Virus record (IMG/VR): IMGVR_UViG_3300030085_003649
Coordinates: 1-54,420 of that record
Strand: one strand, 5' to 3'
Source of the DNA: a virus
Lineage: Duplodnaviria; Caudoviricetes
DNA: 54,420 bases
The notes under the pieces are model-generated. The model was not told the DNA's origin. It worked only from the letters and a program-made list of their open reading frames with translations, and did no database searches. Below are positions 1 through 8,199 of this stretch, in pieces (positions within the stretch are counted from its first letter, which is position 1; every line of letters starts with the position of its first letter). Made by a program: the position numbers and the translations under genes.

Positions 1-5
1 GATGA

Positions 6-170
6 TCAGAAAATGTTGGTCCAGGAACGATGTTGTTTTTGAGTGATTCTGCCTTCTGCTAACATGTTGTCACAAACTCTAGCGAAGACTTGAAACTTTT
101 CTTCCCTTGTTAGTTTGTGAGCACGAGCAGTTGTCTTTACCACTCTGAGGAGTTGTGTTTTAGTAATCAA
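6..170 (-). CDS. small hypothetical protein (54 aa, MITKTQLLRVVK...HRSWTNIF), TTG start
   Basis: Translated by hand (below the ORF-track cutoff). The start overlaps the stop of the upstream ORF (TTTTGA/TTG). Resembles small early cyanophage ORFs. Confidence 0.6.
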   Translation of the reverse strand: MITKTQLLRVVKTTARAHKLTREEKFQVFARVCDNMLAEGRITQKQHRSWTNIF

Positions 171-331
171 AAGTGTGCCTCAGAAGTGTCAAGATTGTCA
201 GACCATTTTGCTATCGCATCATAGCATTTTTTGTAGTCAACAAATTCATAAGAAAAGTTGTCGAGAAAGTGAAAAGAATAGTTGATGCGATTCTCAGGGA
301 TCGCTAGATGACGGTCGATGGCGCGGGTCAT
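167..331 (-). CDS. small hypothetical protein (54 aa, MTRAIDRHLAIPENRINYSFHFLD...)
   Basis: Translated by hand. ATG lies downstream of the early-promoter motif at 389-413. Confidence 0.6.
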   Translation of the reverse strand: MTRAIDRHLAIPENRINYSFHFLDNFSYEFVDYKKCYDAIAKWSDNLDTSEAHF

Positions 332-380
332 GTGGTGTTCCCTTGACTACCTTTATAGAATACAGGAAAACCGACCCATT

Positions 381-611
381 TCAACCGATAGTGGACAGTT
401 CCTCAGGTGTCACACCCCAACCGCAACGAGCATCCGTCTTGGTTTTATATGGACCATAAACATCATATGATCCGTCATCAAATTCCATTGACATATACCA
501 ACCAATTTCATCCAAACCATCATCATCATAAAAGTCTTCTTCATCAATGTAAAAAACCTGTGTGTTTGTGATGATTGACATGGCAGCAGGTGCGATGGAA
601 TCTCCGTACAT
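381..611 (-). CDS. acidic hypothetical protein
   Basis: ORF track, 76 aa. Late-promoter-like CTAAATA at 611-617. The true start may be the internal Met (MSIITN). Confidence 0.55.
   Translation of the reverse strand: MYGDSIAPAAMSIITNTQVFYIDEEDFYDDDGLDEIGWYMSMEFDDGSYDVYGPYKTKTDARCGWGVTPEELSTIG
389..413 (-). promoter_or_regulatory. conserved early-gene upstream motif, copy 1 (GTGACA-N9-CTGTCCACTA), followed by TTGAAA...TATTCT
   Basis: The same 25-bp two-box motif recurs at 1082-1106, 1678-1702 and 6021-6045, each just upstream of a -10-like box and an ORF. Confidence 0.7.
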
Positions 612-626
612 ATTTAGCAGATAGTA

Positions 627-1028
627 TCAACGAACATAGAGATAACCACCTGCCCAGTCAGCATTTTCAAGCAACCACTCACGATCACTCATGATGCAAA
701 GGTTGAAGCGAACGTGCTTAGCAGGTGCTTTGAATGATGCTGCTTTGTACAGATCACCAGTCTTCTTATCTACGAAAGCATGAACACTACGAGAGGGAGG
801 ACGATTGTTGTTAGGAACCTCCATGATGATTTTGTGATACTTACGTCCGCTCTCGATCACGAACTTGTACACAGGTGCCTCATACTTACCAGCAATCGTG
901 CCCTTGTTACGGGACTTGAAGTTATCTTCAAGAGCATCACACAGCATCAAAGTGTACTTACGCACATTCAATTCAATTGTGTTCCGTGCATCGCGTTGAG
1001 CAGCAAACTCAGCAAGGGTTTGAGTCAT
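627..1028 (-). CDS. conserved cyanophage early hypothetical protein (MTQTLAEFAAQ...VHAFVDKKTGDLYKAASFKAPAK)
   Basis: The ORF track gives 627..1148. Start moved to ATG 1028 because the promoter motif (1082-1106) and -10 TATACT lie inside the 5' extension. Confidence 0.75.
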   Translation of the reverse strand: MTQTLAEFAAQRDARNTIELNVRKYTLMLCDALEDNFKSRNKGTIAGKYEAPVYKFVIESGRKYHKIIMEVPNNNRPPSRSVHAFVDKKTGDLYKAASFKAPAKHVRFNLCIMSDREWLLENADWAGGYLYVR

Positions 1029-1081
1029 GTCTTTGTCTGAACTTTGTTCAGTATAAGATGGAAAGGGCGGTACGGGGCAAA

Positions 1082-1106
1082 TAGTGGACAGCATGGCAAC
1101 TGTCAC
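1082..1106 (-). promoter_or_regulatory. conserved early-gene upstream motif, copy 2 (GTGACAgttgccatgCTGTCCACTA)
   Basis: Exact two-box match to copy 1, followed by TTGCCC...TATACT. Confidence 0.7.
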
Positions 1107-1300
1107 TTGATCACCTCCCAATTCGGATCGTTTGCTTTCTGCATCCAAAAATTGTAACGTCCGGAGATAGACGTGAGGAACATTTTTCCGTTGTCACTCT
1201 CTTGTTCTACGCGACAAGAGTGAAGACAATCCATAGCATTGGCGAAACGATTCTTCGCCTTGATACTCTTGGGTTGAACACAAATGAATTTTGTTTTCAT
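1103..1300 (-). CDS. conserved cyanophage hypothetical protein
   Basis: ORF track, 65 aa. ATGA overlap with the upstream gene. Confidence 0.7.
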   Translation of the reverse strand: MKTKFICVQPKSIKAKNRFANAMDCLHSCRVEQESDNGKMFLTSISGRYNFWMQKANDPNWEVIK

Positions 1301-1521
1301 TTTTTGGTGCGTGGTTTACGTTTGGGTTTGGTCTTCTCCGGAAACATTGATTCCAGAGTGTAGTCTTTCTTCTTCAGTTTATACCGTTCAATGTGTTTTT
1401 TGGCGTGTTCTTCACATTGAAACCATGCCAAGTTTAATCCATTTTTCTTAGGAGCAAACCGCCATGGAAATCCTGGGAAAGGAAACTTATCCTCACTCGT
1501 AACCGTTGTATTCTTCTTCAT
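1297..1521 (-). CDS. hypothetical basic protein (MKKNTTVTSEDKFPFPGFPWR...)
   Basis: The ORF track gives 1297..1590. An internal ATG at 1521 was chosen because a separate ORF occupies 1493-1618. Confidence 0.55.
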   Translation of the reverse strand: MKKNTTVTSEDKFPFPGFPWRFAPKKNGLNLAWFQCEEHAKKHIERYKLKKKDYTLESMFPEKTKPKRKPRTKK

Positions 1522-1618
1522 GCCACATCTGCTGCAGTTTAGTGTAACGTTCGTCTTCAGTCTCCTCCCCGGTGATGTCAAAAATCTCACCAGGCATGTC
1601 CATGATCTCTTCCCACAT
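1493..1618 (-). CDS. small acidic hypothetical protein (41 aa, MWEEIMDMPGEIFD...YNGYE)
   Basis: Translated by hand. AGGA SD upstream, downstream of motif copy 3 and a TATTAT -10 box. Confidence 0.55.
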   Translation of the reverse strand: MWEEIMDMPGEIFDITGEETEDERYTKLQQMWHEEEYNGYE

Positions 1619-1677
1619 AGTTCGGATCCTGTTGATTACTTTGTAATAATATCCCATTCAAACCCCCATGGCACATT

Positions 1678-1702
1678 TAGTAGACAGCCTGCAAAGTGTC
1701 AT
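1678..1702 (-). promoter_or_regulatory. conserved early-gene upstream motif, copy 3 (ATGACActttgcaggCTGTCTACTA)
   Basis: Two mismatches to the consensus, with the same 9-nt spacer. Confidence 0.65.
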
Positions 1703-2199
1703 ATGATCTTTAGTTTTGCGCCACATTGTCGGAATAACATATAAAAATGCCACAACACAGATACTTCAAACTCATGAAAAGTTAGATCTTCCTCAGTATT
1801 ATCTCTGATGTAAGTATTCTCCTTATTGATCACCAACGTAGGCAATGTGGGATGTTGATATGGACAAACCAACAGTTTATGCGAATGTCTTACATCCAGA
1901 CTCTCCAATCCTTTGGTGATAGGTGAGTCCAACCTAGTGGTGATTCCAATCACAAAGTCTGCCTGATTGACGGCATATTTGATCCACTTGTCATGCCAAT
2001 CACCATCAGATCCACATGCTGTGAGATGAACTGCATCAGGTGCAAATGCAAACTTACCCAAATATCTGGACAAGTCACTTGCTGCGTGTTGTGCGATTGC
2101 CAAGTTTCCACCATTACCAACGATGGCGATTGCACGGGACATTTTGATATGTTCTACCGCACGATCAGTTTCAGTCTTGAACTTGTTTGAAGAAGTCAT
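1699..2199 (-). CDS. SIS-domain sugar-phosphate isomerase (GmhA/KdsD-like)
   Basis: IAIVGNGGNLAIAQHAASDL resembles the SIS/GmhA GNGGS..A.H.A motif. Start may be 2223 (ORF track) or 2199. Confidence 0.7.
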   Translation of the reverse strand: MTSSNKFKTETDRAVEHIKMSRAIAIVGNGGNLAIAQHAASDLSRYLGKFAFAPDAVHLTACGSDGDWHDKWIKYAVNQADFVIGITTRLDSPITKGLESLDVRHSHKLLVCPYQHPTLPTLVINKENTYIRDNTEEDLTFHEFEVSVLWHFYMLFRQCGAKLKII

Positions 2200-2527
2200 T
2201 GGAATTGATTGCTTTGTCGTCAATGTAAATGTCTCCGGAATACTTACCTAAGAACAGTTTGGTGTATTTGCAACCCCATGATAGTAACTGATCCTCTGTA
2301 AGTTTACCATATTTGGCATCGGCTTGGTTGATAGTTTGTTCATCAAATCTACCATCTGGGTTTGTCTTCGGCCCCATGCCTCTTGCAGTCATGTAGATGA
2401 TCTCATGACCGTTATCGTATAGATTATTTAACATATCAATGCGATCATAATAAACTTCACCAGAACCAAAATTAGGTCCATCGATATGCTCACAGATTGT
2501 TCCGTCTATATCAACAATATATCTCAT
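2171..2527 (-). CDS. HAD-superfamily phosphatase (capsule-biosynthesis phosphatase-like)
   Basis: DIDGTI motif I, TARG motif II, GK...D.YIDDK motifs III/IV. Paralog at 50049-50390. Confidence 0.8.
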   Translation of the reverse strand: MRYIVDIDGTICEHIDGPNFGSGEVYYDRIDMLNNLYDNGHEIIYMTARGMGPKTNPDGRFDEQTINQADAKYGKLTEDQLLSWGCKYTKLFLGKYSGDIYIDDKAINSNDFFKQVQD

Positions 2528-3204
2528 AAGTTTGACTCTACAGTAACAACATCGGTTGGGCGGTCAACGGCGTGGGTCCGACTGGGTAGTTCATAGGGGA
2601 CGACAGGAACGATACCAATAAAAGCGAAAGTATCAAGACCTCTCCATGCTTCTACCAGTCTTGTATCATATAAGTCGAAATTGCTGATGGTTTCGTTGTC
2701 ATAAACATAAATTCCTGCAATTCCACAGAGATTCTCAGTGATAACCTCAGGATTACGAGTAAGATAGATGATTTTTCCGTTGTTTACAACTGCCTTTACG
2801 CAATCCTCATCATAGAGATCATCTTGACTGATGGGATAAGTTGCCTGAACCATCTGATGACCATACGATCGTTTGATCATGTCGTCGATCAACTCAGGAT
2901 CAACACATGGTTCATCACCTTGCAAATTCAAAATATAATCTGAGTCTAAAGATTTGGCAACTTCACATACTCTATGAGTGCATGTTGGATGTTTACCAGT
3001 CATGACTGATTTGTATCCGTTACGTTCTACAATATCAGCAATTTCTTTGTCTTCAGTTGCTACCAGAATCTCATTTACAGATGTCTGTGCAGCAATGTCA
3101 CACACTCTCAGGATTAGTTCTCTTCCTCTGATTTTCACCAGTGGTTTACCAGGAAACCTGCTAGAACTCATCCGTGACGGTATCACACAAGTGACATTTT
3201 TCAC
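2524..3204 (-). CDS. kdsB: CMP-KDO synthetase-like cytidylyltransferase (3-deoxy-manno-octulosonate cytidylyltransferase)
   Basis: IPSRMSSSRFPGKPL, VATED and NLQGDEP motifs plus C-terminal VD.P.D, typical of KdsB. Confidence 0.8.
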   Translation of the reverse strand: MKNVTCVIPSRMSSSRFPGKPLVKIRGRELILRVCDIAAQTSVNEILVATEDKEIADIVERNGYKSVMTGKHPTCTHRVCEVAKSLDSDYILNLQGDEPCVDPELIDDMIKRSYGHQMVQATYPISQDDLYDEDCVKAVVNNGKIIYLTRNPEVITENLCGIAGIYVYDNETISNFDLYDTRLVEAWRGLDTFAFIGIVPVVPYELPSRTHAVDRPTDVVTVESNL

Positions 3205-4199
3205 AGTCTTGACTCCATCTCCTTAATCATATCAGAGACTACAACATTATGATATTTGGAACATTTGAAGTGCATCCTCTTGATCGCCTCATCTTTTGAA
3301 AGAAACTTAGCAGACTCGGGTAGATATTGAAAATCTATGGTTCCAACATCATTAGAATACATGTAGTCCTCACACGTTCTATTTGATTTAAGAGTTTTAA
3401 CTGTAGAGACAATGTTGAGTTTCAACAATGAATTAAACAAATCCTCAGGTAGTTCCCACTTATGTGGCGATAAGAATATCTTTACCAGTTGATCCATGAT
3501 GAGTGGATTGCTTGAATTATTTCTCCACAGATGTTCAAACTCACCATGAATAGGTTCTAATTTGGCATATGTATCTACAACATGTGCGGGGTCTTCCTTG
3601 TATGGATGACCCACATCATATGGAATTACATTTGCTCCATTATGATAAGCGTATAATACTGCGGAGGAGAACATGGATAGACACACATTCTTATGGATCG
3701 ACAACAGGAACGCCAATCCCAATTGAAACTCCTCTGCTTCAGCAGCATCAGCAATCGATGTCACATTAAGAGGAATATCTGCAAGTTTGAAGAATGTGGT
3801 CCAGATCTCTCTTTGTTCCGCTGGTGCTAACAACAAAACTGGTGGTTCCAATCGACCGATGAACTTAAAGAATTTCTCAAACTTAAAGTTGTCGAAATCA
3901 AGTTCTGAGGCAATATCCCACTTTGGCAATACAACTAAACTACCGCGACGTGTTCTCTCAGGAACAAAGGCATCAGCATAAAGATATGGAGAACATCCGA
4001 AATGCATGTGCTCCTTGGGTTTGGTTGATTTATTGTAGAGATACTCACTCCAAACATATGTTGCACCACAAAAGTGATCAGTATAATACTCTCTTCTACC
4101 GAAAGTTTCACATTGCAATCCAGGAATAAAGTTGTAATCTAAGTTTACTGGCGCATCACACCAATAGTTTAAGATTTCTTTAGTGCCAAATCTACTCAT
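3201..4199 (-). CDS. hypothetical protein, possible GT-B glycosyltransferase (capsule polysaccharide/sialyl-KDO transferase-like)
   Basis: SMFSSAVLYAYHNGANVI resembles the SS..(E/Y)A...G.PVI nucleotide-sugar helix of GT-B enzymes. Translationally coupled to kdsB. Weak similarity. Confidence 0.4.
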   Translation of the reverse strand: MSRFGTKEILNYWCDAPVNLDYNFIPGLQCETFGRREYYTDHFCGATYVWSEYLYNKSTKPKEHMHFGCSPYLYADAFVPERTRRGSLVVLPKWDIASELDFDNFKFEKFFKFIGRLEPPVLLLAPAEQREIWTTFFKLADIPLNVTSIADAAEAEEFQLGLAFLLSIHKNVCLSMFSSAVLYAYHNGANVIPYDVGHPYKEDPAHVVDTYAKLEPIHGEFEHLWRNNSSNPLIMDQLVKIFLSPHKWELPEDLFNSLLKLNIVSTVKTLKSNRTCEDYMYSNDVGTIDFQYLPESAKFLSKDEAIKRMHFKCSKYHNVVVSDMIKEMESRL

Positions 4200-4555
4200 A
4201 TGTAATCAACCTCACCAGAAAGTTTCTCCAGTTCGATGGCGGAGATCAGATCTTTGTCAAACATGACCTTCAACAGACGATCAAACTTTCTGGAAATGTT
4301 TTTCACATCATAGAAATCTTCACCGTCCCAACCAGTATTAAACTTCCATTCACCATCAGTGTAGAAATACTTTCTAGGAGACCATTGACGTGGTAACACA
4401 TCACCAACGTCCACAACTTTCAACTTTTCTGGCATCTCTGCCATGTTGTAGGAGATCTCACCAATCTTTACTTCTTCATCTGAAACAACATCAATAGGAA
4501 TGAAATCAGGAACAATGAATAGACTCAAGTCACTTTCATTCAGAATTGTCTTCAT
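4196..4555 (-). CDS. hypothetical protein
   Basis: ORF track, 119 aa, overlapping both neighbours in an operon-like arrangement. Confidence 0.6.
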   Translation of the reverse strand: MKTILNESDLSLFIVPDFIPIDVVSDEEVKIGEISYNMAEMPEKLKVVDVGDVLPRQWSPRKYFYTDGEWKFNTGWDGEDFYDVKNISRKFDRLLKVMFDKDLISAIELEKLSGEVDYI

Positions 4556-4778
4556 CTTGTTTTTTATTTGTTCTAATCATGTTAGTATCTATATCATACA
4601 GAGAGATGACATTATCGGCAACATCCTCCCATCGGATGACAACATTACATGCCATGCCTGATACTGTTTCGCCTATCAAAGTGACCGTCATATATGTCTC
4701 ACAGATAAAATTGACTCTACCATGTTTCCAAGAGTCACCACAACTGAATAAAACTGGATCACCATGATTGTACTTCAT
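4536..4778 (-). CDS. hypothetical protein
   Basis: ORF track, 80 aa. ATGA coupling to the helicase. Confidence 0.55.
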   Translation of the reverse strand: MKYNHGDPVLFSCGDSWKHGRVNFICETYMTVTLIGETVSGMACNVVIRWEDVADNVISLYDIDTNMIRTNKKQDEDNSE

Positions 4779-5968
4779 CGGCGGACAACAGAAACGGCAG
4801 GTTCACCTTTGTGGAAGACAGTATCAACAACTGCCTGAACACTTCTAGAGGTGGAGATACCCACTTTATCATAGACAGGCACACAAATCAACCCAAATGT
4901 TTTCTGTCTGTCACCAAGACGAATCACACGACCAATAGACTGTGAGATACCAATGTAGTCCATGTTACGCATGAACAACACGGCCTCCAGTCCCTTGACA
5001 TTGATACCCTCAGACAGAATAGAGTGGTGGATGACAACAAACTTTTTGTCAGACTGTTGACCCCAGGCATTCAACGTGTTGAAGAAAGTCTCACGATCAA
5101 CCTTCTGTCCGTCGATGATTGCACCGGTCTTAGATGTAATCACCATCCAAGAATAACCACGTTGAGAGATGTCCATGCAGAACGTGGAGTTGTTCATCAG
5201 ATTGACAATCTGTTTGGTAGAACGAGCAGCAATCAGGATTTTGCTGAGAGAGTTGTCGTCAATAGTCTCCAAGAGATTCTGACAATCAGTGAGTCGATCG
5301 TCTCCGGTAGGCAACTCTTTGATGACAACCTTAGGAGGGAGAATGTAACCCTCATCCACAAGTTGCGGAGCAGGAACATTACAAATCACCTGACCATATA
5401 CTTCAGAATCATTCATTCCTGGTTTGAATACGGTCAGAGAATGTTTAGGTGTAGCGGTGTAGAAATAGCAACGATCAGCATCACCAGAGAAGAACTCAGT
5501 CGCGGGAAAAAAGTTACGTTGAACACTGTTATGTGCTTCGTCAAAGTATATTGTGTTGACCTCAATGTCGGCTTCCATCACACGATGAAGAGAATGATAT
5601 GTGGTGAAGATGATGACATTCTCACCAACACTGCGAGCACAGTTAGCATAGAGATGAATCTTTTCAGCGTTAGTGGTGCTAGTGAAGTGAGTCTCACCAC
5701 TGTGGACGTGCATCACATGCAGATATGGGTCACTGTTGTTAGGATCAATGACCTCCATAAATTCGTTACACAGTTGTTCTGCCAACAAAATACGGGGAGC
5801 AACCACAACTGTGGTAGTGCCGTTGTTGATAACATCAAGACGGCGTTGAGTATCAACAATCATGGTCAAAGTTTTACCACCACCAGTAGGCACAATGATC
5901 TGACCCTTTTCGTGGACCAGCATGGCGTCACAGGCGCGGTTCTGATGCGGTCGAAGGGTGATGGTCAT
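4775..5968 (-). CDS. superfamily 2 DEAH-box helicase (type III Res/UvsW-like)
   Basis: LRPHQ Q-motif, PTGGGKT Walker A, DEAH, TATP, LSEGINV and QSIGRVIR motifs. Confidence 0.9.
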   Translation of the reverse strand: MTITLRPHQNRACDAMLVHEKGQIIVPTGGGKTLTMIVDTQRRLDVINNGTTTVVVAPRILLAEQLCNEFMEVIDPNNSDPYLHVMHVHSGETHFTSTTNAEKIHLYANCARSVGENVIIFTTYHSLHRVMEADIEVNTIYFDEAHNSVQRNFFPATEFFSGDADRCYFYTATPKHSLTVFKPGMNDSEVYGQVICNVPAPQLVDEGYILPPKVVIKELPTGDDRLTDCQNLLETIDDNSLSKILIAARSTKQIVNLMNNSTFCMDISQRGYSWMVITSKTGAIIDGQKVDRETFFNTLNAWGQQSDKKFVVIHHSILSEGINVKGLEAVLFMRNMDYIGISQSIGRVIRLGDRQKTFGLICVPVYDKVGISTSRSVQAVVDTVFHKGEPAVSVVRR

Positions 5969-5997
5969 GGAACTCCGTCAGTCCTTATATATTACAC

Positions 5998-6022
5998 AAA
6001 AAAAGGGGGTCTGGCGACCCCC
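5998..6022 (-). terminator. intrinsic terminator GGGGGTC-gcca-GACCCCC-T7, overlapping the helicase promoter
   Basis: 7-bp GC stem plus U tract just after the DUF262-HNH stop. TAATAT -10 box directly downstream. Confidence 0.75.
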
Positions 6023-6045
6023 TAGGACACTCATACACCTGGCAC
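6021..6045 (-). promoter_or_regulatory. variant early-gene motif, copy 4 (GTGCCAggtgtatgaGTGTCCTAGG)
   Basis: Same box spacing as copies 1-3, upstream of the helicase. Confidence 0.5.
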
Positions 6046-7374
6046 AGGGTTCCTCCCCAGACTCAGGTTGTCTCCACCCTCCTGAACCACGCAATTCTCC
6101 TGATCGGTGGCACCTCCATCAGCATATGGTTTAGCGTGTCCACCGTGATACTCACCAGGATCAAACAATTTGCCACGTTTGATTGGTTTTCCCTCAGGAG
6201 TTACCCAGTTCTGAGCAACAGAGGCAATGAACTTCTCATCCTTAGTAAAGTTTCGACGTGAATCTGTAAGAGTGCAATACTTTGTCGGATCCCACAATTT
6301 AGAGATGATCTCTTTACGAAGACGGTTGAAGTTTGCTTCACGCGAACGGAGCAATTCCTTGTAAGTTGCCTCACGACCGTTGTTGTAAGTGTAGGTGGTG
6401 AGATCTGTCAAAGATGTGGCATGTGCCTTGAAGTAGTCAACAAAGAAAGACTCACGATCATTGACAACATAGTTGTTGTCGTTCAAATCTTTGTATACAA
6501 GGAAGAGATCAAGGATGCAATTTTTGTTGGGTACAGCACCGATGTCATCACCAATAAAGGAGATGAAGTTCTTAAGATCAGACTCAAATTTGCGAATCAG
6601 TTTGTCTTCTGTCGATCCAGATTCATATGCAGACCAAAGATTTTTGTCCGAAACCTTGGTAGAAATACCATGGAAATACAAGAGAGCAAGACCAGCAATG
6701 AAGTCGTCAATCTTGCGTCGGTTGATGTCCTTCGGTGTGAAGAACTTGGAGAACGTATCCTGATAGGTTGTAGCAAGAGAGCGAATGACCGCAGAGAACT
6801 CTGAGATCACTGCATTACGTTTCTCCGGACCATTCAGAGAGATGCCATCATTCATGCGAATGAATAGTTCAGAAAGTTGTGAACGTGTTGCAGATGTAAT
6901 CACCTCGACAGTAACAACGGCATTCTTCAGTGCCTGAAGAAGAACATTAGGGAGAGTATCATATCTGTCATTCTCACCTTCAATCACCTCAATAACTTGA
7001 CCATTCACTTCATAAAATCCAGGTTGAATACCAAACTCACCACGAATATATTCACCAATGGTGGTAACACGATTGTTAGAATCGATGTTGAGATACTCAA
7101 TCAAACGTGAACGCCAAGATTCAAAATAAACTCGATCTCCAGGGTTCTTAGAAGTAACCTTACAGGCATCTGTAGACGCAAGGATAAACTTAGATGGAGC
7201 CATTCCCAGAATCAGAGATGTGATATAGGAAGACTTATTTTCGAGAGACCATCGAACCCTAGACTGAAAACTGTAGTCAGCCATAGTGACTGAATGAACT
7301 TCGTTGATAAACTCCTCGACGGTATACTTGTAGAAGTCCGAAACAATGGGATTGAACGTGTGCTTGTTAGACAT
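6031..7374 (-). CDS. DUF262 (ParB-like NTPase) + C-terminal HNH protein, GmrSD-like
   Basis: FQSRVRW, YITSLILG, IDSNNRVTTI (DGQQR variant) and LFIRMNDG.SLN..EKRNA. C-terminal RRNFT...GH.KPYADGG.T..EN...N HNH signature. Confidence 0.75.
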   Translation of the reverse strand: MSNKHTFNPIVSDFYKYTVEEFINEVHSVTMADYSFQSRVRWSLENKSSYITSLILGMAPSKFILASTDACKVTSKNPGDRVYFESWRSRLIEYLNIDSNNRVTTIGEYIRGEFGIQPGFYEVNGQVIEVIEGENDRYDTLPNVLLQALKNAVVTVEVITSATRSQLSELFIRMNDGISLNGPEKRNAVISEFSAVIRSLATTYQDTFSKFFTPKDINRRKIDDFIAGLALLYFHGISTKVSDKNLWSAYESGSTEDKLIRKFESDLKNFISFIGDDIGAVPNKNCILDLFLVYKDLNDNNYVVNDRESFFVDYFKAHATSLTDLTTYTYNNGREATYKELLRSREANFNRLRKEIISKLWDPTKYCTLTDSRRNFTKDEKFIASVAQNWVTPEGKPIKRGKLFDPGEYHGGHAKPYADGGATDQENCVVQEGGDNLSLGRNPVPGV

Positions 7375-7441
7375 GCTTTTTAATAAAACTGCATAGTGTC
7401 AGTTTAGAGCGATCCATGGATCGGTCATCCACCAACAGATC

Positions 7442-7471
7442 CAATGTAACACTAGCCAGAGACCCCTGGCA
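7442..7471 (-). promoter_or_regulatory. sigma70-like promoter TTGCCA-N18-TACATT for the DUF262-HNH gene
   Basis: Read directly in the intergenic gap. Confidence 0.5.
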
Positions 7472-7476
7472 ACGTT

Positions 7477-8199
7477 TTAATTGATAACAGGTCCCATCCA
7501 CCCAGTCGCGATCAATTTGTCATTCTTATCAGTCACAGAACCGACGTGAGGATATGTCCACCCAGCAGGCCAGAACAGGGTTAAACCTTTTTTGCATGGG
7601 ATAGTAACTTTTTGTTGTGGAAAATGTGTCCCTCCAATAGGATCTCCCTCAGCATCTGTCTCGTCGATGTCATTGAGATACATCATCCATACAGCTTCAC
7701 GCAACAATCCACCATGAATAGTTGGAGCAGCTCTTTCAAAATGTTGGGTAAAAAATCCTTGACCAGGTTCATAGTATTGAAACTGACATCCACCACCCTC
7801 CCAAGACCATGGAGAATGAATAATCATCGGATTCATTTTTTTATATTCCAGCAAACAAGACTGTAACCACTGAAAAATATATGCTGTCGGACCATCTAGT
7901 TCCGTTGGCCAACACTTATTTTGTGGATTTACTTCTTGAATATCTGTTAGAACTTCGTTACTCTTCTTTTGTTTGGGATCGAGACCACCTGCAACAACAC
8001 CTTCAGTGGTGTTTCCCTCTTCATGAATAGTTTTTATCTTATCATATAACCAATCACAAAGATCTAAGTCAGGAAACTGCCAAGCAACAATATCAGTGCC
8101 ATCCAGCACATCATCCATCACCGTTGGAATTACTGGTTTGTATTGATATGATATTGGAAATTCCTTATATTTTTCAAACGTATGGGATCTGCATGTCAT
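7477..8199 (-). CDS. 2OG-Fe(II) oxygenase (prolyl-4-hydroxylase-like)
   Basis: QYYEPGQGF..HFE, MYLND, GGT.FP, FWPAGWTYPH.G and K.IATGW motifs. Confidence 0.85.
   Translation of the reverse strand: MTCRSHTFEKYKEFPISYQYKPVIPTVMDDVLDGTDIVAWQFPDLDLCDWLYDKIKTIHEEGNTTEGVVAGGLDPKQKKSNEVLTDIQEVNPQNKCWPTELDGPTAYIFQWLQSCLLEYKKMNPMIIHSPWSWEGGGCQFQYYEPGQGFFTQHFERAAPTIHGGLLREAVWMMYLNDIDETDAEGDPIGGTHFPQQKVTIPCKKGLTLFWPAGWTYPHVGSVTDKNDKLIATGWMGPVIN

Noticed and set aside
5024-6025. 333-aa plus-strand ORF
   Set aside because: Antisense shadow of the helicase with no recognisable motifs. Long antisense frames are expected from this codon bias.
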